A stretch of 64,000 nt of DNA from Salinispira sp. (GCA_965226555.1 CBDDDG010000021.1:96001-160000), one strand, 5' to 3'; shown: positions 1 through 9,708, counted from the first letter of the stretch. Notes: generated by a model from the sequence alone, not told the origin. Numbers and translations are program-made.

Positions 1-345
1 TGCCTGACTGTTTGAATTTGGGGTGCCGCGCAGCCCAGCGGAAATGGTCGCGCCAATGTCAAAGGGAGCGGAGTTCAGCCAGTAGCGGTATTCCCTCAGC
101 GCCGCTTCCCGATCAAATGAACCTGTTTTTGCCAGCATCCGGGCAAGGAGCAGCGCCATCTCGGAATCATCGGTTGGTTGCCCCGCAATGGTATTATGCG
201 CGCCGCCATCCGCCATCGCCCGAACACCATCAGGATAGCTGCGCCGAATCTCATCCGCGGACTGAAACTCAACCAGACTTCCCAATGCATCACCGGAAAG
301 CTGGCCAAGCAGGCAGCCCTGAGCTTTGGCAATGTGGTTAGTCAT
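1..345 (-). CDS. ADP-ribosylglycohydrolase (DraG/ARH family), N-terminal part, runs off window
   Basis: Not in ORF track. Manual translation from ATG 345 gives MTNHIAKAQGCLLGQLSGDALGSLVEF...GQPTDDSEMALLLAR...PFDIGAT...SQA, with the GDALG and TDD motifs of the family. Confidence 0.88.
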   Translation of the reverse strand, partial: MTNHIAKAQGCLLGQLSGDALGSLVEFQSADEIRRSYPDGVRAMADGGAHNTIAGQPTDDSEMALLLARMLAKTGSFDREAALREYRYWLNSAPFDIGATISAGLRGTPNSNSQA

Positions 346-350
346 AGTGG

Positions 351-1508
351 TTAGTCATAATTCCGCCGTTTGATAATACATGTGAATAGGTTGCCGTCAT
401 AATCGTTAATGAATTCAATGTTCGGATAGTTTTTCAATGCCCGCAGAATGCCCGAACCAAGCCCGCGATAGGGTATGAGGTGATATGCAAAGGAGGCGAG
501 AATTGGGTTTCGTATGTTTGAAATGCCGGCTTTAATGTTTTCGATTGTCAGATTATTGGGAAGATGCCCCGGGCTGATAATCTCAACGCGGTCGGAGAAA
601 ATACATACGCGTATTGGAGCAGAAATGAAATAATTCCGATGTACCAGAGCATTTGCGACCAGCTCTTCCAGAACAATTCGCGGTATTTCGGGCTGTCCAA
701 CGCTATTTACGCCCTGTTCGCCCTGAATTTGCCTAGTGTTGGAAAGAATGAATCCGACTGTTTGCTGAAAAATATCGGAGAGTTTTCCGGTAATGTCGCT
801 GCTGTCAATGTAGGTTTCTGTTGTAATTGTGTCGCCCTGAAACGCAATGGCTTTTACAATGTATACGGGAAGTCGGATGGAAGGAGTCTGCGCAAACAGC
901 AGCGCGCCGGTAATAGTGAGTTCTCCATTGTTTCCAAGGTTCATGTTGTTAATTGTTTTCTCCAGCGGTACCGTTTGGTCATCCAGAGATTCGCCGTAGT
1001 GTTTCCGAAAGAAATTTCTGAAATACGGCATATCAAGATCAACTATTGTCATACCGACCGCAGGAATACTGTCGGCATGCACCAACCCCGATTCCTGAAA
1101 CAGGCGCTGCAATTCCTCCCGCGAAGTAGCTTTACGTTTATCGGATCCGTTCTTTATCCAGATCGTTCCATTCTTGTCCTGATAAGGCTTATTCATTCCC
1201 TTTGCAACATAGATGAGCAAAACCCGCTTTTCTTCAAGCATTACAATTTCGGTAAAGAGGTTAATTGCCGGTCGTACATTTTGACTGGCAGCGTTGGAGA
1301 GAAGCTGATTGATGCGGCGCAGGTCATCGGCTGTTATACCGGCAACAGATCCATCATCATCAACTCCGACAAGGATCAATCCGCCTTGCGTATTGCTGAA
1401 TGCTATAAGCTCCTGCGCCATGGAGTCGGGATTGTTTATGTTCTTTTTGAACTGATGACGGCTGTCTTCGCCTTGCCCCAGTATTTTCAGCAGTTCTATG
1501 GTTTCCAT
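351..1508 (-). CDS. AlbA_2/Schlafen-domain protein with C-terminal RecG-like ATP-binding (HATPase_c_4) domain
   Basis: GEDSRHQFKK...IAFSNTQGGLILVGVDDDG; EELVANALVHRNY; ISPGHLP; RNP; GLGSGI. Start moved to METIELL (1508) because the longer ORF begins inside a repeat. Confidence 0.85.
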   Translation of the reverse strand: METIELLKILGQGEDSRHQFKKNINNPDSMAQELIAFSNTQGGLILVGVDDDGSVAGITADDLRRINQLLSNAASQNVRPAINLFTEIVMLEEKRVLLIYVAKGMNKPYQDKNGTIWIKNGSDKRKATSREELQRLFQESGLVHADSIPAVGMTIVDLDMPYFRNFFRKHYGESLDDQTVPLEKTINNMNLGNNGELTITGALLFAQTPSIRLPVYIVKAIAFQGDTITTETYIDSSDITGKLSDIFQQTVGFILSNTRQIQGEQGVNSVGQPEIPRIVLEELVANALVHRNYFISAPIRVCIFSDRVEIISPGHLPNNLTIENIKAGISNIRNPILASFAYHLIPYRGLGSGILRALKNYPNIEFINDYDGNLFTCIIKRRNYD

Positions 1509-1536
1509 ATGCTTACAATCTCTCAGTCCGACAATT

Positions 1537-1663
1537 AGAAAGTTTTGCAAAATGCAAAACTTTCTATAAAATTGGAGAATGCTAAGCACAAAGAAAGCAT
1601 TCCGAATCTGAAACTTTTGCTACTGGAAATTGTGCAAGCACAATTTTCCAATGCAAAAGTTTC
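1537..1663. repeat. Dispersed AT-rich triple-hairpin repeat, family A, copy 1
   Basis: AGAAAGTTTTGCA-aaa-TGCAAAACTTTCT + GAATGCT..AGCATTC + GAAACTTTTGC..GCAAAAGTTTC; near-identical to 2071-2198. Confidence 0.9.
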
Positions 1664-1673
1664 AATTATATTA

Positions 1674-2018
1674 TGGAGGTGGCGGGAGTTGAACCCGCGT
1701 CCTAAAAAGCAGGAAATACGCGTCTACAGGTTTAGTCAGCGTATTGTTTTAAGATCTTCAGGCAGGCTAACAAGCCGGAACAGATCCGATCCCTAGTGAA
1801 GTCCCGCGCGCCGTTAGGGCGCCAGCGCGCAGCAAGTCCTGGTTTCTGACAGACAGCTCGGGCCTCAGGACTGCGTCCCGAGTGTCCGTGGCAGCACTAT
1901 TAGGCTGCCATTGCGTATTCTGCGTTGTTGGCAGTTATACAAAAGGTGCCAATCAGGAGATGGCTCTCCACCTGCAACGTATCCCCAATTACTTCTCAGT
2001 CGAATCCGGAACACCCCC
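1674..2018 (-). ncRNA. ssrA: tmRNA
   Basis: 5' GGGGGTGTTCCGGATTCGAC and 3' GGACGCGGGTTCAACTCCCGCCACCTCCA form an Ala acceptor stem with G3:U. Tag ORF at 1932-1900 after ATAACT reads ANNAEYAMAA-stop. CCA is not encoded. Confidence 0.97.
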
Positions 2019-2070
2019 ATGTATATACCAAGGAAATTCATCCTCCGTATTCTACACCGGTAAATATAAC

Positions 2071-2198
2071 AGAAAGTTTTGCAAAATGCAAAACTTTCTA
2101 TAAAATAGGAGAATGCTAAGCACAAAGAAAGCATTCCAGATCGGAAACTTTTGCTACTGGAAATTGTGCTCTGCACAATTTTCCAATGCAAAAGTTTC
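2071..2198. repeat. Family A repeat, copy 2 (direct repeat of copy 1; the pair brackets tmRNA)
   Basis: Visual alignment with 1537-1663 shows only a few differences. Confidence 0.9.
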
Positions 2199-2237
2199 TA
2201 ACAGAAATGCTGTAGCAGGGGCAATAGTCTTGTTTTG

Positions 2238-2918
2238 TCAGTTTATTCTCACAGAATACAGTCCATCAATGTGTTCAGACAGCTCAGGCTTTATTTCTTT
2301 GAACATCGGATCGAGAATAAAATCTATTCCTTCCCTTCGGGCTGTTTTAGCAACTGGAACGAAATCGCTATCGCCAGTAACCATAATTATTTGGTCTACT
2401 AATTTTTTGTATGCTAAAGAAGATGCATCCATCCCCATTTTCATATCAACTTGTTTTTGTCTGATATCAAGCTCAATATCATCTTCAGTCAGCTCAATAG
2501 TTTGCGCTTTAATTTTCTTCATACTTTTGGGTTTTACGGTAAATCCATAATCTACCAATTTTCCCAATCTCAGAGCGACTTTCCTTGATCTTCGAAGCTC
2601 AGCAAGTAGCTTTCTCATAAACACTGCTTGTGGGGTATCAGATAATTTAATCTGCTTTTTGCTAATGGGATTGTATACAATTTTGTCAAGTGGTTCGCAA
2701 TCATAGTAATATATGCGGTATAACATCCCATTGCTGTGCTTCAGGTGTCCATTGACTAATTTCTTATGCAAATAATCACTTATGGCAGAAACATTATATA
2801 TATCAAAATTGGGATCATTTTTTCTATTTATTGCTCGATATTGCTTTACAAAAAATGCGCCATCAATAAGAATTGCAGTGTTATATATTTTTATTGGAGG
2901 GTTATTTCCTGTTGCCAT
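2238..2918 (-). CDS. NYN-domain (LabA/DUF88, PIN-like) ribonuclease
   Basis: ILIDGAF, RIYYYD, QKQVDMKMGMD, MVTGDSDFVP, L(S)EHID motifs. Confidence 0.92.
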   Translation of the reverse strand: MATGNNPPIKIYNTAILIDGAFFVKQYRAINRKNDPNFDIYNVSAISDYLHKKLVNGHLKHSNGMLYRIYYYDCEPLDKIVYNPISKKQIKLSDTPQAVFMRKLLAELRRSRKVALRLGKLVDYGFTVKPKSMKKIKAQTIELTEDDIELDIRQKQVDMKMGMDASSLAYKKLVDQIIMVTGDSDFVPVAKTARREGIDFILDPMFKEIKPELSEHIDGLYSVRIN

Positions 2919-2931
2919 ATATCCGATCTTT

Positions 2932-2997
2932 AAAAAAAGCCTACGGATGGCATCAATTCCTTATGACGGATGACTTAACCGTAGGCACTATGTTCTA
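2932..2997 (-). ncRNA. Candidate structured leader or small RNA ending in an intrinsic terminator, directly upstream of the NYN gene
   Basis: Minus strand GCCTACGG-(32 nt with inner pairing)-CCGTAGGC followed by T7, 13 nt before the NYN ATG. Confidence 0.5.
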
Positions 2998-3003
2998 ATA
3001 GGG

Positions 3004-3032
3004 AATGTAATAAATTTATGAAACAATGTCAA
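3004..3032 (-). promoter_or_regulatory. sigma70-type promoter for the NYN leader
   Basis: TTGACA (3032-3027), 17-nt spacer, TACATT (3009-3004). Confidence 0.6.
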
Positions 3033-4386
3033 TAGTTGATTGTGGAAATTCTGTTCTCAACGGCAATGAGCGCCTATGATCAAGTACATCCTGCCATACA
3101 ATTCCCTCGCCGGCAGCGACTGGGCCTGTGAGCCTGCAGCCGATGAGATGGTCGAAATAACGGGGATGCAGACCAGTTATAAGATTTTTTTCTGTCCGCA
3201 GAATGAGCATATCATCCCGCTGAAGAACATGGCCTGCCTCCCGCGCTTCACGCAGGTGGATGCTTCGCCTGCTGCTCCGATAGTGTGCGCGCTCTGAGGG
3301 TGCCAGATATTTTGAACCCTTTCCGAGAATCTGAAAAAGCTCTTCACTGTCATGCGTTTTGAGCATGGAATGCTCCGCCCATTGTTTTTTCAGGCAGCCA
3401 AATGAGCTTGTCGGGGAGGCAGATGAGCTTGTCGGGGAGGCAAATGAGCTTGTCGGGGAGGCAGAATTGGGGCTGTTCCGTATCTGCTCTGCCTCCCGCA
3501 CGGCATCTACCATTGAGCTGAATTCGGCGGGCGGAAGGGCAATGGCATCATCGAGGCCATCACCGCTGCGGTTCAGGGTGAAGTGTTTCTCAACCATTAC
3601 CGCGCCGAGGAGGACGGCGCAGCTCGGCACGAGTACTGGATTGCGGCTGTGATCGGAGACCCCGATTGGCAGCTCGAACATTCTGCCGAGGTTGGGAATG
3701 AGACGGAGATTGTACTCGGATGTCGGAGCAGGGTAGGCAGTTACACAGTGGAGGAGGGTGATATGGGGCAGGCGCGCTGCGCTGGCTGCCTGCACCGTGT
3801 CGGCTGGCTGCGTTGCATTGGCTGGCTGCGCTGCATTGGTTGCCTGCGCCGTGTCGGCTGGCTGCGCTGCGCTGGCTGCCTGCCGGATACAGCCGAGGGC
3901 TTCCTCAATATCGCCAAGAAAACTGACGCCGGTGGAGAGCGCGAAAGATTCCGCTCTGGAACTCAGAAAGCGCAGGAGCGGCAGATGATTCAATTCAGGG
4001 CTGGCAATTTTGAATGACCTCTCGCCAATTTCCAGAAGATCGGCTGCGCTGCGCAGACCGAAGGGGGAGCAGAAAAATACCCCCCCCAGTTCTGTACAGC
4101 TTTCTTTCAGACGGAACAGAAAATCGGCTGAAGTTTCCAGCTCCCGGAAGCGTTGAAAAAGATCTATGTTCCCGCTCGGCAGATCGACATTACCCGTTCG
4201 GGGATGAAGAATTTCATCTGCGTAAAAATGTTGGAATTTTATGAGGTCGGCGCCCGCTTCTACAGCGGCATGAATAAGTTCCCGAGCATGGGGGAGGTCG
4301 CCGTTGTGTCCGCTGCCGATTTCAGCGACAATCTGTACTTTTTGCGGATTGTATTCCGCATTTTTCTGCTCATCGCCATGAGACAT
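3016..4386 (-). CDS. N-acetylneuraminate/nonulosonate synthase family (NeuB/SpsE) with C-terminal SAF domain
   Basis: IVAEIGSGHNGD, AGADLIKFQ, FKIASPE, LLHCVTAYP, GVSDHS, EKHFTL. Contains two low-complexity tandem-repeat inserts. Confidence 0.9.
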   Translation of the reverse strand: MSHGDEQKNAEYNPQKVQIVAEIGSGHNGDLPHARELIHAAVEAGADLIKFQHFYADEILHPRTGNVDLPSGNIDLFQRFRELETSADFLFRLKESCTELGGVFFCSPFGLRSAADLLEIGERSFKIASPELNHLPLLRFLSSRAESFALSTGVSFLGDIEEALGCIRQAASAAQPADTAQATNAAQPANATQPADTVQAASAARLPHITLLHCVTAYPAPTSEYNLRLIPNLGRMFELPIGVSDHSRNPVLVPSCAVLLGAVMVEKHFTLNRSGDGLDDAIALPPAEFSSMVDAVREAEQIRNSPNSASPTSSFASPTSSSASPTSSFGCLKKQWAEHSMLKTHDSEELFQILGKGSKYLAPSERAHYRSSRRSIHLREAREAGHVLQRDDMLILRTEKNLITGLHPRYFDHLIGCRLTGPVAAGEGIVWQDVLDHRRSLPLRTEFPQSTIDIVS

Positions 4387-4416
4387 GGCAGTGTTTCCTC
4401 CTGTCAGTTCTTTCTG

Positions 4417-5691
4417 TCAGTTCTTTGGGGGATGAATCCGGTCAAAGCCCAGCCAGGGTCTGAGAACTTCCGGCATGAGTACCGAACCGTCTTCTTCTTG
4501 AAAATTTTCCAGTATGCTGATAATGGCGCGGGGAACGGCGAGAGCAGTGCCGTTGAGCATGTGAACATAATTCCGTTTTTCGTCATCTCGGTAGAAGGTT
4601 TTAAGACGATGAGCCTGATAATCGGTGCAGTTAGATGCCGAAGTAATTTCTCCCCAGCCGCCGGCATCGCCGCGTCCGGGAATCCATGCCTCAAGATCAT
4701 ATTTTCGGTATGCGGGAGCTCCAAGGTCGCCGGTGCAGGTGTCTATAAGGCGAAAGGGGATGCCGAGGCCGGAAAAGATTCTCTGCTCTATCTGCTGAAG
4801 TTCTTCAAGTATATCTTCCGAGTTCTGCGGATGAGCGTAAACAAACATTTCCAGCTTTGTGAACTGGTGTACGCGGTAGAGTCCCTTTGAGAATTGCCCT
4901 GCCGCTCCGGCTTCTTTCCTGAAACAGTGGGAAAGTCCCGCAAGCTTCACAGGAAGTTTTTCGGCAGGAATGGTTTTTCCCGCATAATAGGCGCCAAGGG
5001 TAATTTCCGATGTTCCGATGAGGCAGAGGTCGGTATCTTCGATGGTGTAAACATTACTCTCATCGCCGCGGGGGGAAAATCCAATGTTGGAAACAATTTC
5101 TTCCCGGGCAATATCCGGTGTTATGAGAATATCGAAACCCTCCGCGCGGAGAATATCCATGGCATAATGAATGAGGGCCATTTCAAGAAGAACCGCTTCA
5201 TTTTTCAAATAATAGAACTTCGAGCCCGATACCGCTGCGGCGTGCTCAAAGTCGATAATATCGAGCAGCGCGCCCAGTTCAATGTGATCGCGGGGAGGGA
5301 AAGAAAAGCGGCGGATAGTCCCGCTCCGGGAGATTTCACGATTATCTTTTTCTTCGCTGCCGATTGGCGCATCGGGGTGGGTCATGTTGGGAATACGTTC
5401 GAGTTCTGTTCGGAGCTCTGCTTCAAGTGTATGCAGCTCTTTTTCATCTGCCGCAATGGAATCTTTCAGCAATCTTCCATGAGCAATGAGTTTGTTCCGA
5501 TCATCCATTGAGCCCTTCATTTTTCCGGCATGCTCATTCCGCTCATGCCGTTGAGCATCGAGCTGTTGAACAAGCGAACTTCGTTTTTCATGAAGTTGCA
5601 GAACTTTTTCAGGATCGGCCCTCAGTTTACGATTGTGGATATTCGTTTTTACGGCCTTGAGATTTTCACAAATAAATTTTACGTCTAGCAT
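4417..5691 (-). CDS. serS: Serine--tRNA ligase
   Basis: MLDVKFI, N-terminal coiled coil, LIGTSEI, CFRKEAG, GLYRVHQFTKLE, EITSASNCTDYQ, HMLNGT. Confidence 0.97.
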   Translation of the reverse strand: MLDVKFICENLKAVKTNIHNRKLRADPEKVLQLHEKRSSLVQQLDAQRHERNEHAGKMKGSMDDRNKLIAHGRLLKDSIAADEKELHTLEAELRTELERIPNMTHPDAPIGSEEKDNREISRSGTIRRFSFPPRDHIELGALLDIIDFEHAAAVSGSKFYYLKNEAVLLEMALIHYAMDILRAEGFDILITPDIAREEIVSNIGFSPRGDESNVYTIEDTDLCLIGTSEITLGAYYAGKTIPAEKLPVKLAGLSHCFRKEAGAAGQFSKGLYRVHQFTKLEMFVYAHPQNSEDILEELQQIEQRIFSGLGIPFRLIDTCTGDLGAPAYRKYDLEAWIPGRGDAGGWGEITSASNCTDYQAHRLKTFYRDDEKRNYVHMLNGTALAVPRAIISILENFQEEDGSVLMPEVLRPWLGFDRIHPPKN

Positions 5692-5786
5692 GATGCCAGT
5701 GTATAGAGTATTCGCGTTAAGATTCAACCCGTGCTGAAATCATGCAAAATCCGCGCCTGCTGCAATATCAACATTCGCGCGACCAT

Positions 5787-6635
5787 TCAATCTGCGCTGT
5801 CGGCAGTTTTTTCCAGATTCCGCGCCCGTTCAGCGGCGGCCGAGACTGCCTGCATGATGCCCGCAGTGAAATGATGTTCATGAAGAGCGCGTATGCCCTC
5901 AATGGTGGTACCGCCGGGGCTGCATACCCTTGTAACAAGGTCAGCGGGACTCAAGCCCTCCGCCTCAGCTTCCCGCACTGTCGCGGCAGCTCCCTCAATA
6001 ACATTCAACACCGCCTGAAGGCTTATATCGTACTTCAAACCTTCCCGAATACCGCCAAGTACGAGCGCATGTATGAATTCATACACATAGGCTATGGCGG
6101 AACCCGATATACCGATAACGGCAGGAATAAGTTCTTCAGGAACCTCAAGGACGATACCGGTCGCCCAAGCGATCTCACGGGCATTTTCCCGAAATTCCGC
6201 GCTGCAGTTCTCCGAACAGACAAGGGCAGTAACAGCCTTACCCACCCGCGCTGCCAGTGAGGGCATGAAACGGATAATGTGCGAAGAAGGCAGGAGAGCC
6301 GATAATTTTTTGAGACTGATGCCCGCCGCAAGCGAAATAACGGGCTTGCCGACAAGCAGCGCCCGGTGCTCCCGCGCCGCCGCAGCGATTTCCTGGGGTT
6401 TTACTGCGAGAATAACAATATCGGCATTCACGGCATGGGGATGATCTGACTGCGCTGAAAAATCGGAACAATCGACAGCATGATACTCTTCAACGGCAAT
6501 TTTTCTCCGCTCGGGCGACTTCTCAATGACGCCGAGAGTGAGCGCCGCCTTATTCTGCATTCGCCGCTGTTCTGTGAGGCCTGCAATGAGAGCCTCACCC
6601 ATATTTCCAAAACCGATAATGATGATTGATTCCAT
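5787..6635 (-). CDS. proC: Pyrroline-5-carboxylate reductase
   Basis: IIGFGNMGEA, LAVKPQ, ISLAAGI, RFMP, GISGSAIAY, VCSPGGTTIEG. Start placed at MESIIII; the upstream extension is repeat sequence. Confidence 0.95.
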   Translation of the reverse strand: MESIIIIGFGNMGEALIAGLTEQRRMQNKAALTLGVIEKSPERRKIAVEEYHAVDCSDFSAQSDHPHAVNADIVILAVKPQEIAAAAREHRALLVGKPVISLAAGISLKKLSALLPSSHIIRFMPSLAARVGKAVTALVCSENCSAEFRENAREIAWATGIVLEVPEELIPAVIGISGSAIAYVYEFIHALVLGGIREGLKYDISLQAVLNVIEGAAATVREAEAEGLSPADLVTRVCSPGGTTIEGIRALHEHHFTAGIMQAVSAAAERARNLEKTADSAD

Positions 6636-6738
6636 AGTCTTCCTCCGATCGGGAATGCTTTTCTGCGCTGAGCATTCTCGCAGTTTACAAACTTCTCCGA
6701 TTCTATCTGAAATTTTTGCATAAATAAAGATGCTTGGC

Positions 6739-6826
6739 GCGCGTATGGTTGAATTCTCCTGCAGGGATGTGCCGCGCGTATGGTTGAATTCTCCTGCAGG
6801 GAGGCGGCGCGCGTATGGTTGAATTC
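6739..6826. repeat. Three tandem copies of GCGCGTATGGTTGAATTC(TCCTGCAGGGA)
   Basis: Units of about 35 bp; an inverted core copy lies at 54376-54392. Confidence 0.8.
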
Positions 6827-6847
6827 GCAGGCATGAAGCACAAAGAG

Positions 6848-6930
6848 TTGACATATACTCATTTGTTGATGATACTATAATACAGCGGAGCTTGAAAAAA
6901 CATTATTTCCGCGATGCAGTGTGAAATACC
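6848..6930 (+). promoter_or_regulatory. Conserved promoter and 5' leader of Fn3-DUF285 lipoprotein gene 1
   Basis: TTGACA...GATACTATAAT; 83-nt ungapped homology to 46703-46621 upstream of paralog 3. Confidence 0.6.
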
Positions 6931-6969
6931 CGTGTTTCCAGAGCTTTCCTATGGAGAAGAATTTTATTA

Positions 6970-9489
6970 ATGATGTTTAATATTAACCCACTACGAAAGT
7001 TATGGGAGAGAGTTCCTGTTTTTGTTGTAATGAACGTAATTCTCACTGCCTTACTCGTTGGATGTCCGAACCCGGTTCCGATAGGCGGCACTCGCAGCCT
7101 GACACCTGTCATCAATCCTGCCGCGCCGGCAGCTCCCATCCTCAATGTGGGAAACGGTGAACTGTCCGTGGAATGGACAGCCCCCGATGACGGCGGCAGC
7201 GCCATTACCGAATACCATGTGCAACACAAAATAAGCACCGCAGACTGGCCAACGGACAACTCAACAGACACCAACACTATTAACGACGGGACTGCCGTAA
7301 ACCACGTTATTACCGGGCTGGCAAACGCTCAAAGCTACGATGTGCGGGTGCGTGCCGTTAACAAGGCGGGCACGGGTAACTGGTCGCCGCCCGCCACCGA
7401 AACGCCTGATGGTACCCTTCCCACCGCTCCGACTACTTTCATGCTTGAAGTGGGAGAAAATGAGATACTTACCGCAACATGGAAAGCGCCGACCAACCTT
7501 GGCGCCAGTGGAAACATTGACAGGTATGAGGTGCAATATCGCAAAACCGAAGCGCCTGCAGGCGAGTGGTCAAATCCCGTTCCCATCGATCTGAATGCCG
7601 ACCCACCCTACACCTACCGCATCACCGGACTGACAAACGGTACCATGTACACGGTGCAGGTATATGCTGTCAGCAAAATAACCGCTCTTTACCCGGAATA
7701 GCGCAACGGTAACTCAGCGATTGACACCGCAACCCCCGTTACCACACCCAGCGCGCCGACAGCCCTCACGATCAGCCCCGGAAACACCCAGCTGAGTGCC
7801 TCATGGAGCGCGCCGACCGACACTGGCGGCAGCGCCATTACCCTGTATGAGCTGCAATACCGCACAGGCAGCGGAGCATGGACGGAAATAAGATCCGGCA
7901 TCGGCACAAGCACACAGCACACCATCGCCGGCCTGACAAACGGCACCGAGTACGAAGTACAGGCGCGCGCCGTCAACGCGCAGGGCAATGGCTCATGGTC
8001 GGCATCGGAAACCGTAACCCCTGCCGCCGTACCTTCCGCGCCAGCCATACCAACGCTCACAGCAGGAAACACCCAGCTTGGCGTAGCATGGGCTGCGCCG
8101 ACCGACAACGGCGGCAGCGCCATTACCCGGTATGAGCTGCAATACCGCGAAGCCGGAGCAAGCACCTGGGAACCTGCCATTGCCGCCGGCGATGCCAGCA
8201 TCCTTACTTATACCATTACCGGCCTGACAAACGGTAACACTTACGAAGTACAGGTGCGCGCAAAGAACGCGCAGGGCAATAGCTTCTGGTCGACAATCGC
8301 AACAGCAATGCTGCCTATTATTGCAACGCGGATTCCCGCCGGAACGGCAATGCTCGCCATTCTTTCGGATGATATTGATGCCCGTATTGCCGCTGAGAAC
8401 CTAACCGTTTCTCTTGCCGCGGTGGAACCAGGCACACTCATGGTTAATGGATTGGGAGACATTACGGCGGTTAACCCCGCGCCTGCGCCCGGTGGGGTCA
8501 CCATTCCGACTGTTGATGCGGGTACTGGCATTATTACCGTTACCGCAGGTACAACGGCCGGAACATATGTAGTATATGGCCGTGGAACCGGAAATGTACT
8601 ACGGTTTGCCGAGTATTTCTCTGTTACCGTGAGTCCTCAAGATAACGCTGAACTGAAAACAGCGGTAACTGCGGGAATAACAACCTGGGGACAAACTGCC
8701 AATCTTAACTACATTATCACCACAGCAGTAAGAAATATGTCCGCGATTTTCGAGGATGCAAGCACCTTCACTGGCGATATTTCTGGTTGGGATGTCAGCG
8801 CGGTAACAGATATGAGTAGTATGTTCAGGAGCGCAAGAGCATTCAATGGCGATATCTCCGGTTGGGATGTCAGCGCGGTAACGAATATGGGGAAGATGTT
8901 CGGAGACGCAGACACCTTCGCTGGCGATATCTCTGGTTGGGATGTCAGCGCGGTAACAAATATGGTTGAGATGTTCATGAGCGCATGGGCATTCACTGGC
9001 GATATTTCTGGTTGGGATGTCAGCGCGGTAACGAATATGCGCGCTATGTTCTATAACGCACTTAAATTCAATGGTGATATCTCCGGCTGGGATGTCAGCG
9101 CGGTAACGGATATGAGTAGTATGTTCAGGAGCGCATGGGCATTCACTGGTAATATCTCCGGCTGGGATGTTAGTTCGGTAATGGATATGTCAGAAATGTT
9201 CGGGAGCTCAGTATTCAATGGCGATATCTCGGGCTGGGATGTTAGTTCGGTAACGGATATGTCAGGAATGTTCAATTATGCACGTGTATTCAATGGCAAT
9301 ATCTCGGGCTGGGATGTCAGCGCGGTAACGAATATGGGGGAGATGTTCAGGAGAGCATGGGCATTCAGTCAAAATCTTGAGGAGTGGAAAGATCATTGGA
9401 CGCTTGATGCTAATGGCAAATATACCGGAAACAAAACAAATATGTTTACGAGTTCCGGCGTAACAGGTAATCTGGTGCCATCATGGTAA
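6970..9489 (+). pseudogene. Fn3(x4)+DUF285/BspA-like repeat (x8) surface lipoprotein interrupted by one in-frame TAG (7699-7701)
   Basis: Lipobox LLVG-C. ORFs 6970-7701 and 8254-9489 are in the same frame, and 7702-8253 translates without stops into two more Fn3 domains. Confidence 0.85.
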
Positions 9490-9549
9490 CTATGTTTTTG
9501 AAAAGAATTTTGCAAAATGTGTGAATTTTTTTCGGGGAGTCGGGATGGG
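9490..9549 (-). repeat. Partial inverted copy of the Rpn-upstream module
   Basis: Reverse complement matches 11905-11965 (CCCGACTCCCCGAAAAAAATTCACACATTTTGCAAAATT...AAAAACATAG). Confidence 0.85.
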
Positions 9550-9708
9550 AGGGCTCGGGAATGCGGTAGGTGGGCAGGAAGGATGGACTTTCAAATGTTT
9601 ATTTCCCACTTTTACAAAACTTTGTAGTAGACATACGGATGAATGTATGGTAGTATATGATAAAGCTACATAGAATTCGAAATACACAAAATTTTCGATA
9701 TTCAAAGG

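Noticed and set aside
12..341. ORF-track ORFs 12-341 (+) and 96-332 (-)
   Set aside because: They are shadows of the ADP-ribosylglycohydrolase frame starting at 345 (-).
1674..1705. tRNA gene
   Set aside because: The T-arm and acceptor belong to tmRNA, whose 5' end and tag ORF were found.
6739..6826. Three 29-bp repeats as a mini-CRISPR
   Set aside because: Spacers are only 4-6 nt, with no leader or cas genes.
7699..7701. Genome-wide TAG recoding or pyrrolysine
   Set aside because: TAG terminates paralogous genes at homologous ends, prfA is intact, and no pyl genes are seen.
8760..9370. 75-bp periodic constant/variable pattern resembling a CRISPR array
   Set aside because: It is in-frame DUF285 coding repeat; the variable parts keep MF and A codons, and no cas genes are present.
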